A stretch of 64,000 bases of DNA from the NCBI GenBank assembly GCA_049860595.1, contig CP187551.1. One strand, given 5' to 3'. A model generated the notes under the pieces. The model did no database searches. It saw only the letters and a program-made list of their open reading frames with translations, and was not told where the DNA came from. The number at the start of each line of letters is the position of its first letter. The stretch's first letter is position 1. Below, piece by piece: positions 20,909 to 32,037 of the stretch. The translations under genes were made by a program, and so were the position numbers. Source of the stretch: Methanocaldococcus sp. 16A (GTDB lineage Archaea > AGJL01 > Methanococci > Methanococcales > Methanocaldococcaceae).

Positions 20909-21934
20909 TTAGATTAGATACTCTTCAACAATATTTTTAACATTTTCGACCATTGATTTGATTTCATTAGAATTAGCAATTGCATAATCTTCTAAATTAC
21001 TTAATACATTTTCAGCATCAACGTAACCTTCTAAAAATGCTGGTGGGGCATACTTTAAACCTGCTCCATAACCTCCTTCTAAAACTGATACAACACCATA
21101 TCTGCTTAGCTTAGCCCCTACAAACCTATAAAAAGTTTCAGTTAAGTCCATGCTTGCCAAACCATCATTCATAAAAGCATCAAAACCAGCTGAAACTAAA
21201 ACAATACTTGGCTTAAAATAATCCAATATTGGTTCAACAATTTCATTCCATGCAAATATGTAATCAAAATCTGTTGAATGTGCTGGAAAAGGAAGATTTA
21301 TTTTAGTTCCCTCTGCTTCTTTACCACCAATATCAAACACATCTCCTGTCCCTGGATATATATCTTTTTGATGAAAGTCGATATGTATAACATTCTCATC
21401 ATTCCAAAAAATCTCTTGAGTTCCATTTCCATGATGTACATCAAAATCAATTATTATAACTTTTTTCATATACTTTTTAGCCAATTCTGCAGCTCCTGCT
21501 ATATTATTAAAGATGCAAAAACCATTTGACATTGCTCCTAAAGCTCTACCAGAAATTCCTGCATGATGCCCAGGAGGTCTTGTTAAAGCAAAGTATAAAT
21601 CTTTATTTTTTAGAGCTAATTTTATAGCTTCTTTTGCTAATTTAAAGGCAGTTAATGCCGCATCTAAAGTTCCTTTAGAGATGTAAGTGTCAGAGTCATA
21701 ATAATTAAATGAATCGTTACAAAGCTTTACTATTGAATCCACATATTCTTTACTATGAATTTCTAAAATTTCATCAATAGAAGATTTTCCTTCAATTAAA
21801 AGAATATCTTCAAATCCTTTTAATTTTAAACTATTTAAAATAATTTCAACTCTCTCTGGATTTTCAACGTGATAAAATTCTGGTTTATGTTTTAAAACCT
21901 CTGGATTGTATAAGATTTTTGGCATTATAGACAC
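20909..21934 (-). CDS. Histone deacetylase / acetylpolyamine amidohydrolase family protein
   Basis: RPPGHHA, GFCIFNN, DFDVHHGNGTQ, SAGFDA, LEGGY. Confidence 0.92.
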   Translation of the reverse strand: MSIMPKILYNPEVLKHKPEFYHVENPERVEIILNSLKLKGFEDILLIEGKSSIDEILEIHSKEYVDSIVKLCNDSFNYYDSDTYISKGTLDAALTAFKLAKEAIKLALKNKDLYFALTRPPGHHAGISGRALGAMSNGFCIFNNIAGAAELAKKYMKKVIIIDFDVHHGNGTQEIFWNDENVIHIDFHQKDIYPGTGDVFDIGGKEAEGTKINLPFPAHSTDFDYIFAWNEIVEPILDYFKPSIVLVSAGFDAFMNDGLASMDLTETFYRFVGAKLSRYGVVSVLEGGYGAGLKYAPPAFLEGYVDAENVLSNLEDYAIANSNEIKSMVENVKNIVEEYLI

Positions 21935-21973
21935 CTAAAAATTAGCTGATTTAATATATTACAAAAAAAGAAT

Positions 21974-22516
21974 TTATAATTTTTCAGCAAATTCATAACC
22001 TTTAGTAAATGCTAATAAATTCTTTTCTTCAGTTCCCTTTGGAACGCTATCTAAAATTGCTTTTTCCATACTCTCTTTTGAGACAATATTTGTTAATTTA
22101 GTTAAAGCTCCTAACATAACTATATTTGCAACAATAGGCAATTTTATTTCCTCTGAAGCTATTCTTGTAAATGGAATTTTATACATTGTTATATCAACAT
22201 TAGGCATTTCCTCTGTAGAAACTAAATCTTCATCAACTAATATAATTCCTCCTTCTTTAATATCATCTTTATATTTATCATAAGCTTGCTGTGATAAACA
22301 AACCAAGATATCTGGCTTTATGACTTTTGGAAAATCTATTGGCTCATCGCTAATAACAACCTCTGATTTACTTGCTCCCCCTCTTGCCTCAGGTCCGTAA
22401 GATTGTGTTTGAACTGCCTCTTTTTTGTCATATAAAGCAGCTGCTCTTCCTAAGATAACCCCAGCTAAAATAATCCCCTGCCCACCAAAACCAGACAATC
22501 TTATTTCTTTTCTCAT
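21974..22516 (-). CDS. korC: 2-oxoglutarate:ferredoxin oxidoreductase gamma subunit
   Basis: SGFGGQG, QSYGPEARGGAS, NIVMLGA. Confidence 0.9.
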   Translation of the reverse strand: MRKEIRLSGFGGQGIILAGVILGRAAALYDKKEAVQTQSYGPEARGGASKSEVVISDEPIDFPKVIKPDILVCLSQQAYDKYKDDIKEGGIILVDEDLVSTEEMPNVDITMYKIPFTRIASEEIKLPIVANIVMLGALTKLTNIVSKESMEKAILDSVPKGTEEKNLLAFTKGYEFAEKL

Positions 22517-22582
22517 TTTAGCCCTCCTCTTTTAATTTTTGAAATTTTATGAATAATGGAATATTAAAAAATATTTATTTTT

Positions 22583-23392
22583 TTATTCTTTCATTTTCTC
22601 AATTAATTTATGCAATTCATCAACGAACTCTGGTTTCTCTATATCTAAAAACTCTCCAACAACTATTTTTCCATTTAATTCCTCCTCAGTTAAATTTTTT
22701 GCTTTATTTAAATGGATAGAGTTTTCTTTTAAGAATTTAATCATATCAGCTGGTTTTCTTGAGATGTTAAATCTTCCATAGTATGTTGGGCATTGAGATA
22801 CAACTTCAATAAATGAAAAGCCCTTCTTTTGAAGTCCTTTTTTAATTGATTTAACGAGCTGAATTGGATGAGCTGTTGTCCATCTTGCTACATAAGTTGC
22901 TCCTGCTGCAATTGCTAACTTGCTTAAATCCATAGTATTTTCTATACTACCATAAGGAGCTGTTGTTGCCTTTTTACCATAAGGTGTTGTTGGTGAAACC
23001 TGCCCTCCAGTCATTCCATAGATATTGTTGTTTATACAGATGACAGTTAAATCTATATTCCTTCTACATCCATGGATGAAGTGATTCCCTCCTATAGCTG
23101 CTAAATCCCCATCCCCAGTAAATACAACAACATGTTTGTCTGGTCTTGCTATTTTAATTCCTGTTGCAAATGCTATTGGTCTTCCATGGGTTGTGTGTAA
23201 AGAATCACAATATAGATAGCCAGGAACTCTTGAAGAACATCCAATTCCTGAAACTGCTATATAATCTTCTGGCTTTATATTTAGCTCTTCAATTGCCTTT
23301 AAAAAGCAATTCATAACAATTCCATTTCCACATCCAGAACAAAAGATGTGTGGCAATCTATCTTTCCTCATGTATTTTAATGCAGGATGCAA
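22583..23392 (-). CDS. korB: 2-oxoglutarate:ferredoxin oxidoreductase beta subunit
   Basis: CSGCG, SGIGCS, HTTHGR, GDGD, YGMTGGQVSPT. Confidence 0.92.
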   Translation of the reverse strand: MHPALKYMRKDRLPHIFCSGCGNGIVMNCFLKAIEELNIKPEDYIAVSGIGCSSRVPGYLYCDSLHTTHGRPIAFATGIKIARPDKHVVVFTGDGDLAAIGGNHFIHGCRRNIDLTVICINNNIYGMTGGQVSPTTPYGKKATTAPYGSIENTMDLSKLAIAAGATYVARWTTAHPIQLVKSIKKGLQKKGFSFIEVVSQCPTYYGRFNISRKPADMIKFLKENSIHLNKAKNLTEEELNGKIVVGEFLDIEKPEFVDELHKLIEKMKE

Positions 23393-23402
23393 ACTACCAC
23401 CT

Positions 23403-23631
23403 CAAAAAATTTTTAATCAACCTTTTATCTAAGCATAGAGTGAAACCCTCTATTGCTATACTCCACATCCATTAAGTTGCCCCTTTCAGGGGCAATTAAT
23501 GTCCATTATGAGGAATTGCTGAGCATTATCGAGACAATGCATCTAACATAGAGACTACGACTCTACTGGCATACCCCAAAATTTTTTAATCAACCTTTTA
23601 GTAAATCTTCCAAAGGAGGCAAAAGCCTCTT
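23403..23631. repeat. Cluster of five hairpins with an ~25-bp direct repeat
   Basis: CAAAAWWTTTTTAATCAACCTTTTA at 23403 and 23577; hairpins TAGAG..CTCTA, TTGCCCCT-TTC-AGGGGCAA, GCATT..AATGC, TAGAG..CTCTA, GAGGC-AAAA-GCCTC. Confidence 0.7.
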
Positions 23632-24412
23632 AGATTCTTCTCATAATAACTGCATGACTAAGCTCGAACATCGCTCCAGACAGCTCATTACCTATATCTT
23701 GAATATCAGATAAGCTTAATTCTATCTCATCTATTTGAACTGATATAGCAACCGGTAAATACTTATATGCTATTTCAAAGAGTTCAAAAGGTTTTGTAAA
23801 TAAATCAACGGCTATTAAGCCATTAAAACTTTTATCTTCATTGAAGTTTTGAGTTATAATCTTATTAATAATAATTTCATCTCTTTCTAAAGATGTTAGG
23901 AGATTTTTAATAACTTCCTCTTCATTTTTTCCAATTCCTTCAAACACAGCTTTAACTCTTATAAACCCTTCTTCTTCAAAATCAACGATTTCCTCTTCAT
24001 CATATTTACCTTTTTTATATTCCTCTATATCAATATCTTTTTTCTCTTTAACATATACATTGAATCCAATCTTATAAGTATCAACAAATGATTTAAAAGC
24101 ACTTATTACTAAAGCCAAAACCTCGTTTATCTCATTAGCCTTAAGTTTTAATTTTTCTGGTTTTATGACTTCAATATCAGCCCCATATTTTAAACAGAAG
24201 TTTATATAATCCTTGAAATTATTAAAATTTATCTCAAATTCTCCAATTTTTGTATAAAACTTTAAATTTCCATCTTCTTCTATATCTTCATCCACGTATC
24301 TAAGTTTAGCATTATATTTTTCTTTCAATTCATTAGTTAAGTTTTCAAATTCTTTTTCAACAATTTCTTTAGAATTTCCTTTAACTTCCTCTAATGCATG
24401 TATTTTTATCAT
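23630..24412 (-). CDS. Conserved hypothetical protein with apparent internal duplication
   Basis: Long ORF with typical codon usage and an SD; two similar halves. Confidence 0.75.
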   Translation of the reverse strand: MIKIHALEEVKGNSKEIVEKEFENLTNELKEKYNAKLRYVDEDIEEDGNLKFYTKIGEFEINFNNFKDYINFCLKYGADIEVIKPEKLKLKANEINEVLALVISAFKSFVDTYKIGFNVYVKEKKDIDIEEYKKGKYDEEEIVDFEEEGFIRVKAVFEGIGKNEEEVIKNLLTSLERDEIIINKIITQNFNEDKSFNGLIAVDLFTKPFELFEIAYKYLPVAISVQIDEIELSLSDIQDIGNELSGAMFELSHAVIMRRI

Positions 24413-24450
24413 CTTACCACCAAAAAATAAAAATTATTAAAAAACTTAAT

Positions 24451-26043
24451 TTATTCTTCTAAATTATATCTTCTCATAACAAAATCCTTTCCAAGAGTTG
24501 CTAAGAAAGCCCCCAACTTTGGACCGTATTTTTTACCCAATAATATCATATACGATGCTTGAAATGCATCTCTTGGATTTAAGCCAAGTTCCTTTGCTGT
24601 TTGATAAATCAACTCATGCAAGTTTAATGCATCAAACTCAACTGTTTTTAATTTTTCAGCGAAGTATTTAATCCACTCTTTTTGTTTATCCTTCAATTTT
24701 TCATATATTTCTTTTGCTTCATTTATATCAATTATAACCAACTTCTCTCCATATTTTAAAGCCCAGTTTCTTGCCATTAACAATCTGTCTTTCAATTTTT
24801 GCAAGCTGAAATCATCAATATTATCTATGTTATAGTTATTTCTTCTTAATATCTCAAATACTCTTTCCATATCTACATCGTTCTTTTCTTCATTATAAGT
24901 TAGCTGGGCAATGATTGAGCAGAATCTATATGGTATAATAAACGGCTTACTTTCAGGGATTTTTGGTGTTGATAATTCATAAATTCTTATCTTCTCCTCT
25001 TCTTCTTCACTTAACTCATCTTTATCTTTATTATTAAAGTAGAATTCCTCTAATCTATCATATTCATCCACTAAGTCTGGAATTTTCTTTAAATCAAAGT
25101 CTATATGCTTAGTTGGCTTACTTCTCAATAATAAGAATCTTAAAATTTCTGGATGAGCTATATGTGTCCAATCTTTTACAGCAAACACAACCCCTTTTGA
25201 AGAACTCATTGGAATTGCTTTATCTCCAACTTTTAGTTGAATCCACTCATAAACAACCTTTTTTGGAGGTATATAGTTATAGATTTCTTTTGCAATTAAA
25301 ACTCCAGTATCATAAGAGCCCCCAGCAGCTGCATGGTCTTTACCCATTGGCTCAATAGTTACATTAAATATACTCCACCTTGCAGGCCAATCAATCCTCC
25401 ATGGAAGCTTAGCTCTTCCTTTGTATGGTTTTACCTCTCCAGAGTATCCACATGCCTCACATCTATAAGTTACTTCCTCCTTCTCACTATCATATTTTAC
25501 GACCTTTGTCTTTAACTTTCCACATTTTTCACAAACTATATTTATTGGCCACCAATCATCTGGTAATGGTGAGGCTCTAAATTTATTTAAAATTTCCATG
25601 ATTTTTTCTCTATTCTCTAAAGCAATCTTTATCTTCTCATCATAAAGTCCTTTTTTGTAGTTTTCATCAGCTCTATATGTTGTTAGCTCAACTCCTAAAT
25701 CATCTAAGCTCACTAAATATGGATTTAAAAAGTGTTCAGCATAGTTTTTACAACAACCTTCTGGACATGGAATTTCACTTAATGGCATTCCTATATACTG
25801 CTCAAACTCTTTTGGTAAAAATGGATAGAGCTTTCTTAATGGGTCGTAAGTGTCTGCTATAAAGATTAACTCTGCCTCAACGCCTTTATTTATCAAACCT
25901 TTATAGATTGCATCTGCTGTCAATGTTTCTCTTGCATTTCCTACATGGATATGTCCTGAAGGAGTTATTCCACTCGCAACGATATATTTATCTGCCTTTC
26001 TCTCTTCAATCAGTTTTTCAGCAATTACATCAGCCCAATGCAT
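24451..26043 (-). CDS. lysS: Class I lysyl-tRNA synthetase
   Basis: [28 protein letters not shown]. Confidence 0.96.
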   Translation of the reverse strand: MHWADVIAEKLIEERKADKYIVASGITPSGHIHVGNARETLTADAIYKGLINKGVEAELIFIADTYDPLRKLYPFLPKEFEQYIGMPLSEIPCPEGCCKNYAEHFLNPYLVSLDDLGVELTTYRADENYKKGLYDEKIKIALENREKIMEILNKFRASPLPDDWWPINIVCEKCGKLKTKVVKYDSEKEEVTYRCEACGYSGEVKPYKGRAKLPWRIDWPARWSIFNVTIEPMGKDHAAAGGSYDTGVLIAKEIYNYIPPKKVVYEWIQLKVGDKAIPMSSSKGVVFAVKDWTHIAHPEILRFLLLRSKPTKHIDFDLKKIPDLVDEYDRLEEFYFNNKDKDELSEEEEEKIRIYELSTPKIPESKPFIIPYRFCSIIAQLTYNEEKNDVDMERVFEILRRNNYNIDNIDDFSLQKLKDRLLMARNWALKYGEKLVIIDINEAKEIYEKLKDKQKEWIKYFAEKLKTVEFDALNLHELIYQTAKELGLNPRDAFQASYMILLGKKYGPKLGAFLATLGKDFVMRRYNLEE

Positions 26044-26235
26044 AATTTCCCTCAAAATTTTTGTTTCTTCTTATATTATTTAGAATATAAAAATCAAAAA
26101 ATTTAAATTCTTTTAAATTAGCGGTAATTTGCTAAAATAATAACTACTAAAAATAGTATAAATAACTTAGTTTTTGAATAAAAAAGATATATTAAATTAG
26201 TCATCCAAACTTTTTTATAGTTATAAATTCACTAA

Positions 26236-26496
26236 TTAATAAAACCTCAACACAATCCTCTTATCTTCTCTGGTGTGAGCCAACTCTAACAAATCATCTA
26301 ATATCTTTTCAATCTCGACCTCTATAATACCATACTTATCATGAACTAATCTTACCAATCCCTCATTGTAGTGCATTAGTTTTCCTTCAACATGAACTCT
26401 TCCAAAATATATTTCAATATACTCTCCATTATCTACATTTTTGAGATATTCCATAACTTCTTTTGGATTTTTTATATCAATTATTTCTTCAGTCAT
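26236..26496 (-). CDS. Small conserved methanogen protein (DUF2097-like)
   Basis: YIEIYFGRVHVEG motif; DDLLE. Confidence 0.65.
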   Translation of the reverse strand: MTEEIIDIKNPKEVMEYLKNVDNGEYIEIYFGRVHVEGKLMHYNEGLVRLVHDKYGIIEVEIEKILDDLLELAHTREDKRIVLRFY

Positions 26497-26536
26497 AGTA
26501 ATAACCCCCATTTATTGTTATAATAATTTTATTGTT

Positions 26537-27082
<546 letters not shown>

Positions 27083-27131
27083 CTACACAACAAAAATAAA
27101 AAAGTAAATAAAAATTTTCAAAATAAGATAT

Positions 27132-29426
27132 TTATTCCTTCTCGAGGTATGATTTTCTTATATAGTTCAATATTACTTTCTGCTCAGTTCTTGCCACTAC
27201 TCTTCTTATTGTTTCTACAGCATCAATGTTTGCTGACACACTATCTATTCCCCACTCAACCAATTTCTCAACTATGTGTGGTCTGCTTCCTGCCTGCCCA
27301 CAGATTGATGTTTTTATACCATGTTTTTTGCATGTTTTAATTACATGCTCAACCAATTTTAACACTGCTGGGTGGTCTTCTTTGTAATACTTTGAGACCA
27401 ACTCGTTGTTTCTATCTATTGCTATTGTGTATTGAGTTAAATCATTAGTTCCTAAGCTAACAAAGTTTATTCCTTCTTTTATAAAGTCTTCAATAATTAA
27501 CGCTGCAGCAGGAGTTTCAACCATAATACCAAATGGAATATCCTTTCCTAACTCTAAACCAATTTCTCTTGCAATTTCTTTAACCTTCTTAACTTCATCT
27601 GGATGGGTTACGAGAGGAATCATTATTTCTATATTTTTGTATCCTTCTTCTCTTAATCTTTTAATTGCCTTTAACTCACATTTTAAGATATCTACTTCAT
27701 CAAGACCTCTCCTAATACCTCTCCAACCCAACATTGGGTTGTGTTCTATTGGTTCGTTTTCTCCTCCTTCTAAGCCTCTAAACTCGTCTGTTGGAGCATC
27801 TAATGTTCTATAAGTTACAGGTCTTGGATAGAAGGCATCTGCTACCTTTCTAATTCCTTCCATTAACGCCTCTATTAATGCCTCTTCTCCCTCTTCCTCT
27901 AAAATTTTCCTTGGATGTTTACCCAATCCTAATATCATGTGCTCTGCTCTCAATAAACCAACTCCATCAGCTCCTGTTGCTGCTGCTCTTTCAGCCACTT
28001 CTGGCATACTGACATTAACTTTAACCTCTGTAGCTGTAATAATTGGAGCTTGCTGCTGTATAATAACCTCTGGCTTTTTCTCTTCAACTTTTTTAATCTC
28101 TCCTTCATATACAATTCCTTTCTCTCCATCAACTGTAACAACCATTCCATCTTTTAAAATCTCTGTTGCTTTTTTTGTTCCTACAACACATGGTGTTCCG
28201 AGCTCTCTTGAAACAATTGCCGCGTGACAGGTTAATCCTCCCTCATCTGTTATTATGGCAGCTGCTTTTTTCATAGCTGGAACCATATCTGGAGTAGTCA
28301 TCTGTGTAACTAAGATATCTCCTTCTTTAACTTTGTCTATCTCGCTAACATCTTTAATTATTTTAACAGTTCCAGTGGCAATACCTGGAGAAGCTCCAAT
28401 ACCTTTTAATAATATTTTTGCTTCAATTTCCTCCTCTTTTACTTTTTTCTCTTTTTTACCTTTCTTCAATGTGGTTATAGGTCTTGCTTGAAGCATGTAG
28501 AATTTACCTTTTTCATAAGCCCATTCAACATCCATAGGTTTTCCATAGTGTTTTTCTATATTCAACCCAACTTTTGCGAGCTCTTTAATTTCCTCATCTG
28601 TTAAAACTTGCTTTTCCTTCATATCATCAGGAACTTCAACAACCTTTGTCTCTCCCTTCTCATCTTTAACAAACATTGTTTCCTTTCTTGCAATATACTT
28701 ATCAACAATCTCTAATGTTTTCTTATTAACTATATAGGTGTCTGGAGAAACAGAACCGCTAACAACTCCCTCTCCTAATCCCCACGCAGCCTCAATAACC
28801 AACTCATCATAATTTTCAGTTATTGGATTAACTGTAAACATAACCCCTGCCTTTTCAGCATTAACCAACTTCTGAACAACTGCTGCTAAAGCAACCTCAA
28901 AGTGGTCAAACCCTTGCTGTTCTCTATAGAAAATAGCTCTTGGAGTAAATAAGGATGAGAAACATTTTTGAACATATTTAACTACATTTTCAGCTCCTTT
29001 AACATTTAAATATGTATCCTGCTGTCCAGCAAAACTTGCTTCAGGTAAATCTTCAGCAGTTGCAGAACTTCTAACAGCTACTGTTACTTCATCCTCATTG
29101 CACATCTCTGATAATTTGTTATAAGCCTCAATAATCGCCAATCTCAAATCTTCAGGCATCTCTGCCTCTTCAATTAATTTCCTAATTTTCTTTGACGCCT
29201 CTGTTAACGCATCTGTATCATTAACATCCAAACCGCTTAAAATTTCTTTTATTTTATCCATTAAACCTGTCTCTTTTATAAAATGCCTATAAGCATCAGC
29301 AGTAACGACAAATGCTGGTGGAACTGGTAATCCAGCGTTCCACATCTCACCTAATGAGGCTCCTTTACCTCCAGCAATATTAACATCTTCATTTGATAAT
29401 TCATCCAACCATGCAATGAATTTCAT
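27132..29426 (-). CDS. ppsA: Phosphoenolpyruvate synthase (intein-free allele)
   Basis: GGKGASLGEM, VRSSATAED, GGLTCHAAIVSRE (phospho-His), EHNPMLGWRG, GTNDLTQY. Confidence 0.96.
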   Translation of the reverse strand: MKFIAWLDELSNEDVNIAGGKGASLGEMWNAGLPVPPAFVVTADAYRHFIKETGLMDKIKEILSGLDVNDTDALTEASKKIRKLIEEAEMPEDLRLAIIEAYNKLSEMCNEDEVTVAVRSSATAEDLPEASFAGQQDTYLNVKGAENVVKYVQKCFSSLFTPRAIFYREQQGFDHFEVALAAVVQKLVNAEKAGVMFTVNPITENYDELVIEAAWGLGEGVVSGSVSPDTYIVNKKTLEIVDKYIARKETMFVKDEKGETKVVEVPDDMKEKQVLTDEEIKELAKVGLNIEKHYGKPMDVEWAYEKGKFYMLQARPITTLKKGKKEKKVKEEEIEAKILLKGIGASPGIATGTVKIIKDVSEIDKVKEGDILVTQMTTPDMVPAMKKAAAIITDEGGLTCHAAIVSRELGTPCVVGTKKATEILKDGMVVTVDGEKGIVYEGEIKKVEEKKPEVIIQQQAPIITATEVKVNVSMPEVAERAAATGADGVGLLRAEHMILGLGKHPRKILEEEGEEALIEALMEGIRKVADAFYPRPVTYRTLDAPTDEFRGLEGGENEPIEHNPMLGWRGIRRGLDEVDILKCELKAIKRLREEGYKNIEIMIPLVTHPDEVKKVKEIAREIGLELGKDIPFGIMVETPAAALIIEDFIKEGINFVSLGTNDLTQYTIAIDRNNELVSKYYKEDHPAVLKLVEHVIKTCKKHGIKTSICGQAGSRPHIVEKLVEWGIDSVSANIDAVETIRRVVARTEQKVILNYIRKSYLEKE

Positions 29427-29590
29427 TGTTATCCCCTTTTTTGTTTTAGACAATTAACAATATATAGGGGATTATATAAACTTTTTATTTTTTATATAAA
29501 TTTAAATATATGGATAAATTTGTTAATGATAAAATAGCAATAGGCATTAAAGTTAATTGTTTAAAAATAGAAAAAAATGAATTAAGATTT

Positions 29591-30115
29591 TTACTGCTTA
29601 ATTAATTCTTTTCCTTGCTCAATGACTATTCTACATGGAACAGGCAGTTTCATTGCTGCTCTTCTTAAAGCCTCTTTAGCATCTTGGAATTTGTCAGGGT
29701 TTACCCATACTGTTAAGATTGCTTGTCCTTCTTTAACTCTCGCAGCTGTTCCAATTGGTTTTCCAAATGCTAACCTCATACCATCTGAAATTCTATCTGC
29801 CCCAGCTCCTGTAGCCATTTTGTGCTCTCTCAATATTTGGTGTGGATAAACTCTAATTTGGAATTTATATCCCATTCTTCCGCATTTCTTTGTTAAATAT
29901 TTGTTTGCAGCAACTCTTGCAGCTTCTAATGCATTGTGTCTTATTTGAATTGGTCTTGTAGCTACTAAATTAACCTTAACTGGGAATTCAGCTGATAAGT
30001 TACCCATAATGAAGTGAACAACTTTTGGTTGTGGAACCCCTTTAACATACTCTTTTCTTGTGTATGGTGGCTTATCAACATCTCTATAGCATCTGTTTGG
30101 TCTTAAAGAAGCCAT
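29591..30115 (-). CDS. rpl10e: 50S ribosomal protein L10e (uL16)
   Basis: [25 protein letters not shown]. Confidence 0.96.
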   Translation of the reverse strand: MASLRPNRCYRDVDKPPYTRKEYVKGVPQPKVVHFIMGNLSAEFPVKVNLVATRPIQIRHNALEAARVAANKYLTKKCGRMGYKFQIRVYPHQILREHKMATGAGADRISDGMRLAFGKPIGTAARVKEGQAILTVWVNPDKFQDAKEALRRAAMKLPVPCRIVIEQGKELIKQ

Positions 30116-30247
30116 TATCATCACCTATCTTTCGTGGCTGTTTCGTATAGGTAAAGATTAGGTCTTAGTGTTTGCAATTCCTATTATATATAAAAATTTA
30201 TCTTGTTGCTTATATTCCTGACATACTATTTAAAGCTTACTGTTATT

Positions 30248-30940
30248 TTATTGCTCTGAAAAAATGAACTTTATAATCTGCTTAGCAACTTCTAAGATTT
30301 TCTTTGTAGTTATGTAAGAAATTGCCTCATCATGATACTCAACACTTACATATTCTTCAACAATCTTAGCTCCTTTTTTTGCTAATTGCAATGCAATAAA
30401 ATGTTCTACTGCATAACCATCTCCAAAATTTATATCTTTTAAGAACTCTGCCTTTATTATCCTAAAGCCACACTGAACATCTCTAAAGAAATAAAACCTT
30501 TTTGAATATACAAACACTGCCAATGATGTTAAAATTGAAGCAAAGAAATTAGAAACCTGCCTATGCAATGGAATATGCTTATATTTTCTAACACCAAAAA
30601 CAGCATCCGCATTCGTATCTTTTAATTTTTTTAATAATTTTGGGATATCCATAGGTTTATGCTGATAGTCTCCATCAATATATATAATATATTTGTATTT
30701 ATTTAAAGACAATGCAAATCTTGTTCCTTTTTCTATTGCTTTTGCTTTACCTTGATTTTTTTTATTTTTTATCAAATAAACATTAATCTTAGAATTTTTT
30801 GCAAATTCTTCAACTACTTTTGAAGTGTTATCTTTAGAGCCATCATCCACTACTACAGCATCAACATTTAACTTTTCCAAATCTCTCAAAACCTTTAAAA
30901 TATTTCTCTCTTCATTGAATGCTGGAATTATCGCAATCAT
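30248..30940 (-). CDS. GT2 glycosyltransferase (DPM1-like)
   Basis: IIPAFNEE, VVDDGSKD, DGDYQH, DVQCGFR. Confidence 0.9.
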   Translation of the reverse strand: MIAIIPAFNEERNILKVLRDLEKLNVDAVVVDDGSKDNTSKVVEEFAKNSKINVYLIKNKKNQGKAKAIEKGTRFALSLNKYKYIIYIDGDYQHKPMDIPKLLKKLKDTNADAVFGVRKYKHIPLHRQVSNFFASILTSLAVFVYSKRFYFFRDVQCGFRIIKAEFLKDINFGDGYAVEHFIALQLAKKGAKIVEEYVSVEYHDEAISYITTKKILEVAKQIIKFIFSEQ

Positions 30941-30965
30941 AAGCTATCACAATAAAAGGCTATGT

Positions 30966-31051
30966 ATAAGACTTTACGCAGGGAATAAACATTTAAAGGC
31001 TCTTCAGGCATCTAAATTCTATATATCATATATAAACTGCAAAAGTCCTAT
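30966..31051. mobile_element. MITE-like element (TIR family)
   Basis: ATAAGACTTTACGCAGGGAATAAA...CTGCAAAAGTCCTAT; internal similarity to the 11045 copy in reverse. Confidence 0.7.
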
Positions 31052-31122
31052 ATAGTAAATTTAAAGTTAAAAACCCTTAAAAAAGTAACGTAAATTAAAA
31101 AATTTGCTAAAATAGATGATAT

Positions 31123-31854
31123 TTAAAGTTTAATTAAATACATTGCAACAAATCCAAATACTATTCCCAGAACTAATCCAAAAATTCCATAAATTAACCA
31201 ACTACCATAATGTGTAGTTTGAACATTTTCTGTTGAAGTTTCATTATTTACGTATAACTTTGACGAACCATTATTTTTTATTATATCTGTTGTATTTTTT
31301 ATGGTATTGTCATTTATATTTGTCTTATTTGAGTTAACATTAATATTTATTGATATATTCGATACATTTGTAGAATTTATTATATTTGTACTTTTATTTT
31401 TGGAAATATTTTCAGTAATATTTTTTAGAATTGTTATATTATGATTTATTCCTGATACATTTTCAATTACATTTTTAGTTGTAATCTTAGACAGTGGTAA
31501 TATTGTAATATTGACTAAAAACTTTTTCTTTACTGTTATTCCATCTACAAAATATTTCATCAGAATTTTAATTGTATGGTTTCCAGATTTTATAGCTTTA
31601 CCTTCAAAGATATGTAGTATTCTGGCATCTTCAACAACTCCCGCATAATGTAATGTTGAGTTATTAAATTCTACAGCATCTGAAGAAACCGTAACATTAA
31701 AATCTTCAACAGTATAAGGAGCTCTCCATTGAAATATAACATACACGGAATTATTGACTAAACATTTTTCTGGAGTTATTAAAATTTCTGGATTTGAAGC
31801 ATAATTTGGTAAAATAAAAAATAATAATAAGAAAGAGATTATAATCTTTTTCAT
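31123..31854 (-). CDS. Secreted/surface protein: signal peptide, beta-rich domain, Asn/Thr-rich linker, C-terminal TM anchor
   Basis: [13 protein letters not shown] signal, many NxT/S sequons, terminal hydrophobic helix. Confidence 0.75.
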   Translation of the reverse strand: MKKIIISFLLLFFILPNYASNPEILITPEKCLVNNSVYVIFQWRAPYTVEDFNVTVSSDAVEFNNSTLHYAGVVEDARILHIFEGKAIKSGNHTIKILMKYFVDGITVKKKFLVNITILPLSKITTKNVIENVSGINHNITILKNITENISKNKSTNIINSTNVSNISININVNSNKTNINDNTIKNTTDIIKNNGSSKLYVNNETSTENVQTTHYGSWLIYGIFGLVLGIVFGFVAMYLIKL

Positions 31855-31855
31855 C

Positions 31856-32035
31856 TTACCCCCCAATTTTCAATTTTCTTAACCTTTCATTTAGTTTATC
31901 AACCTCCTCTTTTGTTAATCTTGTAGCTTTTTTAACTTCTTCTAATTCTTTTTGAAGTATCATTACTTTAATACCAAGTATTACGTTTAGAGCTAAGCTA
32001 ATAGCTACAATAACATATAATACTACCATATCCAT
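31856..32035 (-). CDS. 59-aa bitopic membrane protein with coiled coil (not in ORF track)
   Basis: [59 protein letters not shown]. Starts 2 nt after the minD stop and ends 1 nt before the next ATG. Confidence 0.8.
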   Translation of the reverse strand: MDMVVLYVIVAISLALNVILGIKVMILQKELEEVKKATRLTKEEVDKLNERLRKLKIGG

Positions 32036-32037
32036 AT

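Noticed and set aside
23430-23570. GC-rich hairpins as a SECIS element
   Set aside because: No neighbouring gene has a plausible in-frame Sec UGA, and the hairpins match the dispersed repeat family.
31200-31510. Asn/Thr/Ile-rich low-complexity stretch as a tandem repeat
   Set aside because: No periodic unit; explained as a glycosylated linker of the surface protein.
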